A stretch of 64,000 bases of DNA from a virus. Positions 19,179 through 27,779 of the stretch are shown in pieces. The stretch spans positions 22,012-86,011 of IMG/VR virus record IMGVR_UViG_3300042691_018527. One strand, 5' to 3'. The notes under the pieces are model-generated. The model was given only the letters and a program-made list of their open reading frames with translations, did no database searches and had not been told where the DNA came from. The position numbers were made by a program, and so were the translations under genes. The number at the start of each line of letters is the position of its first letter. Position 1 is the stretch's first letter.

Positions 19179-20067
19179 TATAGTAGTAACCGGTGGATGT
19201 GGATTTATAGGAAGTCATTTGGTTGATGCGCTAGTAGATGATTATATTGTTTATGTTATTGATGATGAATCAGCAGAAGCAAATGATGTTTTTTATAAAA
19301 ATAAAAAAGCAAAATACATAAAAGAAGATATTTGTAATGCTGATAAGCTAAATTCTTCAATATTTAAAAATACAAAAGCTATATTTCATTTAGCAGCAGA
19401 ATCTAGAATTATACCATCAATTGAAAATCCGATAAAAGCAACAATGTCAAATGTTGTCGGTACCACTTCTCTTTTAAATTTATGTAAAAAATATAATATA
19501 CAAAAATTTATTTATTCATCAACCTCCGCAGCATATGGATTAAAAGCAGATATACCAACTGATGAAAACAATCAAATTGATTGTTTAAATCCTTACTCTG
19601 CTACTAAATTTGCTGGAGAAGAAATGATAAGAATGTTTACTAAATTATATAAGGTAGATTCTTGCATTTTTAGATACTTTAACGTGTTTGGGGAAAGATC
19701 ACCAACCAAAGGTTTATATGCGCCGGTTGTTGGTATATTCTTAAACCAATATAAGAATAAACAAAAACTCACTGTGGTTGGCACAGGACAACAAAAAAGA
19801 GATTTTGTACATGTTAGCGATGTTGTTAATGCTAATTTACTAGCATTAAATTATAAAAAAGCATTAAATGGAAATGTTTTTAATATTGGTAGCGGAAAAA
19901 ACTACTCAATAAACCAAATAGCAAGAATGGTAGACAAAAATATAAAATATATACCTAGTCGCCAGGGTGAATGTAAAAACACTCTAGCTGATATTACAAA
20001 AGCAAAAAAAATATTGAAATATTCACCAAAAATTGATATAAAAGATTGGATTAAAACACAAAAATAA
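19159..20067 (+). CDS. NAD-dependent NDP-sugar epimerase/dehydratase
   Basis: GGCGFIG, HLAA, YSATK (YxxxK), RYFNVFG, RDFVHV motifs. Confidence 0.92.
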   Translation: MNNSKSNIVVTGGCGFIGSHLVDALVDDYIVYVIDDESAEANDVFYKNKKAKYIKEDICNADKLNSSIFKNTKAIFHLAAESRIIPSIENPIKATMSNVVGTTSLLNLCKKYNIQKFIYSSTSAAYGLKADIPTDENNQIDCLNPYSATKFAGEEMIRMFTKLYKVDSCIFRYFNVFGERSPTKGLYAPVVGIFLNQYKNKQKLTVVGTGQQKRDFVHVSDVVNANLLALNYKKALNGNVFNIGSGKNYSINQIARMVDKNIKYIPSRQGECKNTLADITKAKKILKYSPKIDIKDWIKTQK

Positions 20068-20073
20068 AGTTAA

Positions 20074-21873
20074 ATGAAAAAAATTATATTTAATAATATA
20101 AAAATTCAAAATTTTTTGTCTATAGGTGATTCAGTCTTTGAACTAACATTCCAAAACGGGATAAATTTAATAACAGGCGAAAACAAAGACAGAGGTGGTA
20201 AAAACGGTGTCGGTAAAAGTACTATAGCTGATGCAATTTATTGGAATTTGTTCGGAAATACCATAAGAGAACTTAAAAAAGATAAAATCCAACACAATAA
20301 AAACAATAAAGAGTGTAGAGTTAGTTTAAATTTTTCAGTTGAGACTGAAAAAGAAACTAAAAACTATGAGATAGTAAGAATATTGAACCCTAGTAAAGTT
20401 GAAATACTTTGTGACGGGTCTGATATTACACCTTCTACAATTTTAAAAAGCGATGAGCTTATCAAGAAAATAATAAGTGCAAACGAAGAAGTATTTAACA
20501 ACGTTGTATTGATGTCTTCAGACAATACTTTGCCATTTATGGCGCAGAAAAAAGTAGATAAAAGAAAATTTATAGAGGGAATGCTACAACTTAATATTTT
20601 CAGTGAAATGTTGTCAAAAACAAGATCTGATTATAATGAGACAAAAAAACAAAATGATATAGAGTGTAACAATTTTATTAATTTACAAAAAAATTTAGAG
20701 ATTTTTGAACAACAATCTAAATTGGAGAATGAAGATAAAGAAAAAACATTAAAAAATTGGGAATATACGATTGAAACTAACCTTAAAACAATTGAAGAGT
20801 TAAAAAATAAAAATTTTCCAGATGTCCAAGAAGTAGATGATCAAATAAATAAGCTTGAGACTGAAAAACTTGTAAAATTAAAACAGTTCTTAAAGAAAAC
20901 AAATTCTGATAACACTGAAAACAATTCTAAAAAATATACACTAATAGCTGATATTAAAAATTTAAAAAATGAAAAACAAAAAATTTTAGATAAAGGGAAT
21001 GTTTGCCCAACCTGTAATCGAGAATATTGTAAAGATGATATTGAGACAATTAATAATAAAATTGTTGAGCTAAATGGTTTTATAGAAACACATGAATCAC
21101 AATTGGAAGAAGTGAATAAAAAATATTTAGAGTTTCAAAATAAAATCCAAACAATAGAAGATGGTATTGATAAAGTTGAAGTCAAAATCAAAGAGCTTAA
21201 CAAATTTAAACAATCAATTGTAACCAATAAAAATAAAATACATGAGTTAGAAAATCATAACAGGTTAGCTAGTCATCAAATTAAAGAACTACAAAACAAA
21301 AAAGTCATTTCAAATACAAACATCGAAAGTTACAAGAAACAGATAGAAGAAAAAGAAACACAACTGAAAAAAATAAAAAAAGAATTGTCAATATTAGAGG
21401 ATGTTAAATTTATTGTTTCTGAAGAAGGAGTTAAAACATATATTGTTAAAAAAATGATAGATGTTTTGAACTCTAGGTTAAATTTTTACTTAAATGAGTT
21501 GAACGCACCATGTAAATTTGTTTTTGATGAATTCTTTGAAGAAACAATATACAACAATAGTGGAAACGAATGTTCATATTATAACTTTAGTGGTGGAGAA
21601 AGAAAGAGAATAGATGTTGCAATTCTTTTTATGTTCCAAGATATGTTGAGACTACAATCAAATACTTCGTTTTCTTTGAATATATATGATGAATTGTTTG
21701 ATTCTGCTTTAGATGAAGTTGGTGTGGAAAAAATATTAACTATTTTAAAACAAAAAGTTGAAAAACACCAAGAATCGATTTATATTATATCTCACAAGAA
21801 TAATACAAGAAATTCCGTAGATAATGTTATCTTATTAGAGAAAGTAAACGGAGAAACAAAATTAGCGGCTTGA
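20074..21873 (+). CDS. gp46: recombination ATPase subunit gp46 (Rad50/SbcC-like)
   Basis: NGVGKST, coiled coil with CPTC hook, FSGGE, DELFD, ISH motifs. Confidence 0.93.
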   Translation: MKKIIFNNIKIQNFLSIGDSVFELTFQNGINLITGENKDRGGKNGVGKSTIADAIYWNLFGNTIRELKKDKIQHNKNNKECRVSLNFSVETEKETKNYEIVRILNPSKVEILCDGSDITPSTILKSDELIKKIISANEEVFNNVVLMSSDNTLPFMAQKKVDKRKFIEGMLQLNIFSEMLSKTRSDYNETKKQNDIECNNFINLQKNLEIFEQQSKLENEDKEKTLKNWEYTIETNLKTIEELKNKNFPDVQEVDDQINKLETEKLVKLKQFLKKTNSDNTENNSKKYTLIADIKNLKNEKQKILDKGNVCPTCNREYCKDDIETINNKIVELNGFIETHESQLEEVNKKYLEFQNKIQTIEDGIDKVEVKIKELNKFKQSIVTNKNKIHELENHNRLASHQIKELQNKKVISNTNIESYKKQIEEKETQLKKIKKELSILEDVKFIVSEEGVKTYIVKKMIDVLNSRLNFYLNELNAPCKFVFDEFFEETIYNNSGNECSYYNFSGGERKRIDVAILFMFQDMLRLQSNTSFSLNIYDELFDSALDEVGVEKILTILKQKVEKHQESIYIISHKNNTRNSVDNVILLEKVNGETKLAA

Positions 21874-21902
21874 ATTAAACACCTTTACAATTAAATTTTC
21901 AT

Positions 21903-23213
21903 ATGGCATTAAAAATAAAAGAAAACAAAGAAGAACTTAAAAATATAGTTTTTGAGTACAAACCATTTGCTGCTGGATTACCTATGTCGCCACCTGTTTT
22001 ACCAGCAGGAATGCCAACATACAGTTACGTTGAACTTAAACCAGTACATATCCCAGCACCACCACCGGTTGAAATGCCAGAAGCAAAGCTTCCAAGAGCA
22101 TTAAATTACTATGCTGACTATGGTGGATGTGGATTCTGGAGAATGATATGGCCAGAGTTTTTATTGAACTCATACCAGAAGATGTGTATTAGTGGACTAA
22201 CCAGCATGGTATTAGATTTAAGGTTTTACCAAGGCATAAAAGCAATTAGAATGCAACGCCAAGCTACACCAGTACAAAGAAACTTTATTAAGGAATTACG
22301 TAAAGCCAGCAAAGACATGGGCTTTAAATTACTTTATGAAGTAGATGATATTGTTTTTAAAGATGATATCCCCGATTACAATAGATGCAAAGAAGCGTTT
22401 GTATCACAGGAAATAATTGATAGTATATTAGACATCATGGGAATGATGGATGAAATCACGGTCACATGTAAATACATGAAAGAATATTATCAATATAAAA
22501 CTGGTAATAAGAATATCACAATTATTCCAAACTATCCTCCTAAATTTTGGTTAGACAGATTCTACGATAAAGACAGAATTGAAAAATTATACGAGAAGAA
22601 TAAGAAACGTCCTAGAATTTTATACTCTGGTTCCGGTACACACATTGACGTATTAAATAAAACTGGCTTGAAGGATGATTTTGAGCATGTAACCGAAGCA
22701 ATTATCAAAGCTAGAAAGAAATTTAAATTTGTTTGGAAGGGATGTTATCCACTTGCAATAAAACCATACATCGATAACGGAGAAATGGAATATATTGACT
22801 GGTCAGCATTACCAAACTACCCACAAGGACTTGTTGATACTAATTGTAATGCTGTTTTTGCACCTTTACAAGACAACGTGTTCAATAAATCAAAGAGTAA
22901 TATCAAGATGGTCGAAGCTGGTGGATTGGGATTACCCGGAGCATATCAAGACCTCTGTACATACGAAGAAGCAGAGCTAAAATTCAAGACTGGCGATGAG
23001 TTAATCGATCACTTATCATATATCACAAAAGATTTTGATAGATACATGGATCTTTCTCAAAAATCTAGAGAATTTACAGAAAAACTTTGGATGGAAGACC
23101 ATCTGAATGAATACGAGGCGTTGTATAATACTGATTTTGGGTCAAAGGAAAGAAAAGAAATGGCACCAAGATTAATAGAAAACAATCCAGATCAAGATTT
23201 CGAAAAAAAATAA
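21903..23213 (+). CDS. GT-B fold glycosyltransferase
   Basis: GCGFWRM, YEVDD, IIPN, APLQDNVFNKSKSNIKMVE motifs. Confidence 0.75.
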   Translation: MALKIKENKEELKNIVFEYKPFAAGLPMSPPVLPAGMPTYSYVELKPVHIPAPPPVEMPEAKLPRALNYYADYGGCGFWRMIWPEFLLNSYQKMCISGLTSMVLDLRFYQGIKAIRMQRQATPVQRNFIKELRKASKDMGFKLLYEVDDIVFKDDIPDYNRCKEAFVSQEIIDSILDIMGMMDEITVTCKYMKEYYQYKTGNKNITIIPNYPPKFWLDRFYDKDRIEKLYEKNKKRPRILYSGSGTHIDVLNKTGLKDDFEHVTEAIIKARKKFKFVWKGCYPLAIKPYIDNGEMEYIDWSALPNYPQGLVDTNCNAVFAPLQDNVFNKSKSNIKMVEAGGLGLPGAYQDLCTYEEAELKFKTGDELIDHLSYITKDFDRYMDLSQKSREFTEKLWMEDHLNEYEALYNTDFGSKERKEMAPRLIENNPDQDFEKK

Positions 23214-23220
23214 TTTCAAC

Positions 23221-23249
23221 TTGCTTTTTATTTCAACATAACCCATAAT
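23221..23249 (+). promoter_or_regulatory. sigma70-type promoter for DNA polymerase
   Basis: TTGCTT-N17-CATAAT, 7 nt before ATG 23257. Confidence 0.6.
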
Positions 23250-23256
23250 ATAGAGT

Positions 23257-25842
23257 ATGGGATACCGAAATATTTTTTATGATATCAAAAAGTCTATTGT
23301 TCACTTGTGGACATGGACAGAAGATGGCGAAAGAATAAAAACAGAGTGTTCTTTTGAACCATATTTGTACATAGAAAGCAAAGACCATGAAGATGCAGTT
23401 TCCATTTTCAACACACCGTTAAAAAAATTAAAATTTAACAATCAATTTGATAGAGCTAGGTATGTAAAAGATACACCATTAAAACGTTTATTCTATAATA
23501 TAAACGTTGAGCAACAGTTTTTATTAGATACTTTTAAAAATGAAGTTTCAAAGCCTAGTTTTGGAAACTTTCCTCTTAAAATTTTTTATTTGGATATTGA
23601 GACATATGCAACTGATCATTTTGCAACACCACAAGAAGCATCTGATCCAATAAATCTAATTACAATATATGATTCTTTACAAAATAGGTATTTTACATGG
23701 GGATGTAAAAACTATTCCACGTTAGAAGAAGATGTTACATATTTTAAATGTAAAGATGAAAGAGATTTATTAAGAAGTTTTGTAAAATTTTGGAAAAATG
23801 ATCCACCAGATATTGTTACTGGTTGGAATATTCATGGATATGATATTCCATACATCATGAATCGTTTGAGCATTATCTTCGATGAAGATTATAACAAAAA
23901 ACTTTCTCCAGTAGAAAGAATTCAGTTGATAGAAAATGCAGCAGTTAATAAACTTGGAAGACAAATTGATAGATGGGTTATTAAGGGTGTTAGCATTTTG
24001 GATTACATGGAACTCTATGAAACACTGTGTGGTGGTAAAAGAGAGTCGATGTCACTCAATTATATTTCAGAATTTGAATTGGGTGATTCTAAAATAGCAA
24101 TTGAAAGCACATCACTATCAACTTTAGCTGATACAGATTGGTTTAAGTTTGTTGACTATAACATACAGGACGTAAGACTTCTAATAAAATTAGAAAACAA
24201 GTTAAAATATTTAAGACTTGTTAAAAATCTTTCATATAGAGGATTTATTCCATTTGAAAAATCAATGGGTAAAGTTTCTATGATTACCGGTGCGGTTGCA
24301 CATCAAGCATTGAACCAAAAATTAATAATTCCTACATTTAACCAAGAAAATATTAAACAAAAGTTTGCTGGTGGATTTGTATATGAACCAATACCAGGTT
24401 TATATGAAAACCTTGTAACATATGATGCAAACAGTCTATATCCGAACACAATTATAACTTTGAACATTTCACCAGAGACTAAAATTGGTAAAATTTTAGA
24501 AAACAAAAATGGTAATTTGAAAATAAGGTTAATAAATGGAAAAGAATTAAATGTTACACAGGAACAATTTGAAAAAGTCATAGAAAAGGAAAAATTATCA
24601 ATAACTAAAGCAAACGTTTTATATTCTCAAAAGTTCAAAGGGGTTATTCCTAATTTAATTGATAAACTTTATAATGATCGTGTTGAAGCAAAAAACAAAA
24701 TGATCAAAGCTAAAAAACTATTGAGTAAAGCAACATCAGAAGAAGATAAGTTAAAATTAGCTGAACAAATCAACGACAATGATACGTTATCAAACGTGTA
24801 TAAGACATTTCTTAATTCAATTTATGGTGTATTCTCGCAAATTTATTCTCCTTTTTTTGATATAGACCATGCTGAAAGTATTACATTAACAGGACAAGCT
24901 GTAGTTAAACAAGGATCTCAAATTATTTATGATCACGCAAAAACTTCAGGTTTTGAAGGAAAAATAGAAGACGTTTGTGTATACCAAGACACTGATAGTG
25001 AATTTTTCTCATTTGATGATATTTTAAAATTAAAAAATGTAAAACTTTTAAATGATAAAAATGAAATTACAAAAGAAGCATATGACATAATTGAAGAATA
25101 TGGTGATATTTTAAATAAAGAAATTAATGATTGGGCTAAAACAGAATTAAAATCAACTGATCCTAGATATTTCTTTAAGAGAGAAAAAATATGTGACGTT
25201 GCTTTGTTACAAGCTAAAAAGTATTACATTTTACATATATTAGATAAAGAAGGGGTGGTTCCTAAAGACGATGAAATGTTTGAATATAAGGGAATGGAGG
25301 TCGCAAAAGCTATTTTTTCAAAGGAAGTAAAATGTTTGATTAAAAATATTATAGAATCTGCAATAATGGCTAAAGAAAGAAAGAAAGCAACAAAATTGTT
25401 TCATGAAGCATATGAAAATTATTGTAATCTGTCACCAGAACAAATTTCAAACAGAAAAAAAGTAAACAATTACCAAAAATATAAAGATATTTATGACGAA
25501 ACAACATCTGAGTTTGGAAAAGGAACACCACATCACGTTAAAAGCTCTATAAATTTCAACGATGCCCTTAAAAAATTAAACATCGATTCAAAATATCCTG
25601 TTATTGAAAACGGTACAAAAATGAAACATTTTTATTGTAAGAAAAATATATATGGATATGAAACAATTGGATTTATCCATCATTATCCAAAAGAATTGTT
25701 AAATGTTGTAAAACCTGATTACAAATTTATGTTTGAAAAAAACGTAATTCCAATTATTAGTAAAATATTCCAAATTATTGGATGGCCAATACCAGCAATC
25801 GGTTGTGAAGAGTATACTGACTTGAATGAATTATTTTCCTGA
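23257..25842 (+). CDS. gp43: family B DNA polymerase gp43
   Basis: Exonuclease LDIET, GWN..GYDIPY, YNIQD; polymerase YDANSLYP, K..LNSIYG, YQDTDS. Confidence 0.96.
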   Translation: MGYRNIFYDIKKSIVHLWTWTEDGERIKTECSFEPYLYIESKDHEDAVSIFNTPLKKLKFNNQFDRARYVKDTPLKRLFYNINVEQQFLLDTFKNEVSKPSFGNFPLKIFYLDIETYATDHFATPQEASDPINLITIYDSLQNRYFTWGCKNYSTLEEDVTYFKCKDERDLLRSFVKFWKNDPPDIVTGWNIHGYDIPYIMNRLSIIFDEDYNKKLSPVERIQLIENAAVNKLGRQIDRWVIKGVSILDYMELYETLCGGKRESMSLNYISEFELGDSKIAIESTSLSTLADTDWFKFVDYNIQDVRLLIKLENKLKYLRLVKNLSYRGFIPFEKSMGKVSMITGAVAHQALNQKLIIPTFNQENIKQKFAGGFVYEPIPGLYENLVTYDANSLYPNTIITLNISPETKIGKILENKNGNLKIRLINGKELNVTQEQFEKVIEKEKLSITKANVLYSQKFKGVIPNLIDKLYNDRVEAKNKMIKAKKLLSKATSEEDKLKLAEQINDNDTLSNVYKTFLNSIYGVFSQIYSPFFDIDHAESITLTGQAVVKQGSQIIYDHAKTSGFEGKIEDVCVYQDTDSEFFSFDDILKLKNVKLLNDKNEITKEAYDIIEEYGDILNKEINDWAKTELKSTDPRYFFKREKICDVALLQAKKYYILHILDKEGVVPKDDEMFEYKGMEVAKAIFSKEVKCLIKNIIESAIMAKERKKATKLFHEAYENYCNLSPEQISNRKKVNNYQKYKDIYDETTSEFGKGTPHHVKSSINFNDALKKLNIDSKYPVIENGTKMKHFYCKKNIYGYETIGFIHHYPKELLNVVKPDYKFMFEKNVIPIISKIFQIIGWPIPAIGCEEYTDLNELFS

Positions 25843-26112
25843 AAAGAAATAATCCTTGAAGCTTTCAGATAATTTTTTTCTTAATTCAGCAAACATTTTT
25901 GTTATTTCTTCATCAGTAGCTTGCAATTGTTCTCTTTTTGGTTTCTTAATTGAAGAAATTTCATTATTAATTTCTTGTAATTTTGAATTTAAAAAATTTG
26001 TTAATTCATCATCTGACATATCTTTAAATAATTCAGAATCAATAGATACAGGATATTCTTTGTGCCTGTATTCGTTTGTATATGGGTGGTATATAAATTC
26101 TTTTTTTATCAT
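25831..26112 (-). CDS. hypothetical late protein convergent with gp43
   Basis: 93 aa ORF preceded by ATAAATA (26118-26124) 5 nt from its ATG. Confidence 0.6.
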   Translation of the reverse strand: MIKKEFIYHPYTNEYRHKEYPVSIDSELFKDMSDDELTNFLNSKLQEINNEISSIKKPKREQLQATDEEITKMFAELRKKLSESFKDYFFSGK

Positions 26113-26165
26113 TTTTATATTTATCCTGTTGATTTTTTAGTAAATCATATTAATATATTAATGAT

Positions 26166-26549
26166 ATGAGTAATCAAAACAACAACACAAACCTAACAAC
26201 ATTCCTAGATGCAGTCGGTCGTACGATCTTAGGAGAACCAGTAGAAACAACAGACACACATGTTAAAGTTAAAAACCCAGTAGTTTTACATGTTGTTCCA
26301 ACCGATAACACAGGAAAGATGTCAGTCCAGTTACTTCCTATTTTCTTTAGAGAATTCTTGGCTGATAAGACGGGTGATGTTGTTTTCACATATGAAAAGA
26401 GAAACGTGACTTTAACTGATATTGATGCCTTGGATTTTAGACTCCAAGCTCAATATTCACAGATGTTCAACAAGAACAATACTTTTGTAACTCCTCAACA
26501 GCAACCACAAGCCCCATCACAAAGCGTAATAAATTTGTTTGACGAATAA
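26166..26549 (+). CDS. hypothetical protein (possible Sm-like fold)
   Basis: GRTILGE...VKVKNPVVL...VQLLP pattern; TTGATT-N16-TAATAT upstream. Confidence 0.6.
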   Translation: MSNQNNNTNLTTFLDAVGRTILGEPVETTDTHVKVKNPVVLHVVPTDNTGKMSVQLLPIFFREFLADKTGDVVFTYEKRNVTLTDIDALDFRLQAQYSQMFNKNNTFVTPQQQPQAPSQSVINLFDE

Positions 26550-26572
26550 TAAAATCAAATAAAGTTTATTTA

Positions 26573-26606
26573 AGAAAACCTCAAAATTGACTTTTTGAGG
26601 TTTTCT
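26573..26606. terminator. perfect 14-bp inverted repeat, terminator-like, overlapping the uvsX promoter
   Basis: AGAAAACCTCAAAA-TTGACT-TTTTGAGGTTTTCT. Confidence 0.65.
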
Positions 26607-26614
26607 GTTATTAT
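26587..26614 (+). promoter_or_regulatory. sigma70-type promoter for uvsX
   Basis: TTGACT-N16-TATTAT with extended TGn, 6 nt before ATG 26621. Confidence 0.65.
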
Positions 26615-26620
26615 AAAAAC

Positions 26621-27736
26621 ATGGCTAAAACAAAAAAAGAAAACGTAGAAGAAGTAATAACAGGTGAAATCGAAGACGCGTTCCAAGTTTTGGATGACTT
26701 AAATCCAAATGCAGCATTTTTAAATGATAATTCGTTATCAAATGTTAAAGATTGGATTGATACCGGATCAATGGCGTTAAATGCTATCGTGTCTGGTTCA
26801 TTATATGGTGGAATTCCCATGGGTAGATTAACAGGGTTTATTGGACCAGAATCGTGTGGGAAAACTTTAATGGCTAATAAAATTATGGCAAATGCTCAAA
26901 AGAAAGGAATGCACGTGGCATATTTTGATACAGAAGGAGCATTGGATGAAGATACGGCAAAACGTCTTGGGTGTGATTCATCTAAAATCAAACATGTGCC
27001 ATCCGAGGTAACTGAAGAGTGTAGAAACCAAGTTGTTAAATTTTTAGATACGGTTATTCAGAAAAATTTACACGGCAAAGTTCTGATTGTTATTGATTCT
27101 CTTGGAAATCTTATAACAACACAAGAAAAGAAAAAAATCGAAGAGGGTAGTGATACACCGGATATGGGTAATAGAGCAAAGGCGCTCAAAAGCATGTTAA
27201 GAGCAATAACACATTATGCTGCAAAGGCGAATTGTCCTGTTATTTTCACAAACCACATTTACGATGACCCATCTCAACTACATCCATCAGCATTAAAGAA
27301 GCAAGCTGGTGGCTCTGGCCCTCTTTATATGGCATCGGTTATTATACAGATGGCAAAAAAAACAGAACGAGTGAGTGATAGTAAGAATAAAGATTCAAAC
27401 GAAGAAACAACATTCCTATCAAAAGACATTAACGGTTTAACTTTAAGGGCATTAACTACAAAAAATAGATTTGTGGTTCCATTTTTAGAATGTGAGATGT
27501 ATTTAAATTTTAAAAATGGATTAAACAAATACTCTGGATTGGTTGAAATGGCAGAAGCATATAAAGTAATCGAAAAACAAGGACATCGATATGTTTTAGA
27601 TGGAGAAATGTTAGGCTTTTTCAAAGAATGGAAAACAAATCAAGAAATTTGGGGTAAAATTCTACCAAAACTTGAAGATAAATTAAAAAATGAACTATCA
27701 TTTAAAAATGAAAATGTGACCGAGGAATTAGAATAG
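26621..27736 (+). CDS. uvsX: UvsX RecA-like recombinase
   Basis: IDTGS.ALN, GPESCGKT, FDTEGA, VIDSLG, FTNH motifs. Confidence 0.93.
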   Translation: MAKTKKENVEEVITGEIEDAFQVLDDLNPNAAFLNDNSLSNVKDWIDTGSMALNAIVSGSLYGGIPMGRLTGFIGPESCGKTLMANKIMANAQKKGMHVAYFDTEGALDEDTAKRLGCDSSKIKHVPSEVTEECRNQVVKFLDTVIQKNLHGKVLIVIDSLGNLITTQEKKKIEEGSDTPDMGNRAKALKSMLRAITHYAAKANCPVIFTNHIYDDPSQLHPSALKKQAGGSGPLYMASVIIQMAKKTERVSDSKNKDSNEETTFLSKDINGLTLRALTTKNRFVVPFLECEMYLNFKNGLNKYSGLVEMAEAYKVIEKQGHRYVLDGEMLGFFKEWKTNQEIWGKILPKLEDKLKNELSFKNENVTEELE

Positions 27737-27744
27737 GTTTTTGA

Positions 27745-27773
27745 TTGCCTTTTTCAAAACTATACATTAGTAT
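27745..27773 (+). promoter_or_regulatory. sigma70-type promoter for gp41
   Basis: TTGCCT-N17-TAGTAT, 6 nt before ATG 27780. Confidence 0.55.
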
Positions 27774-27779
27774 TTTTAT

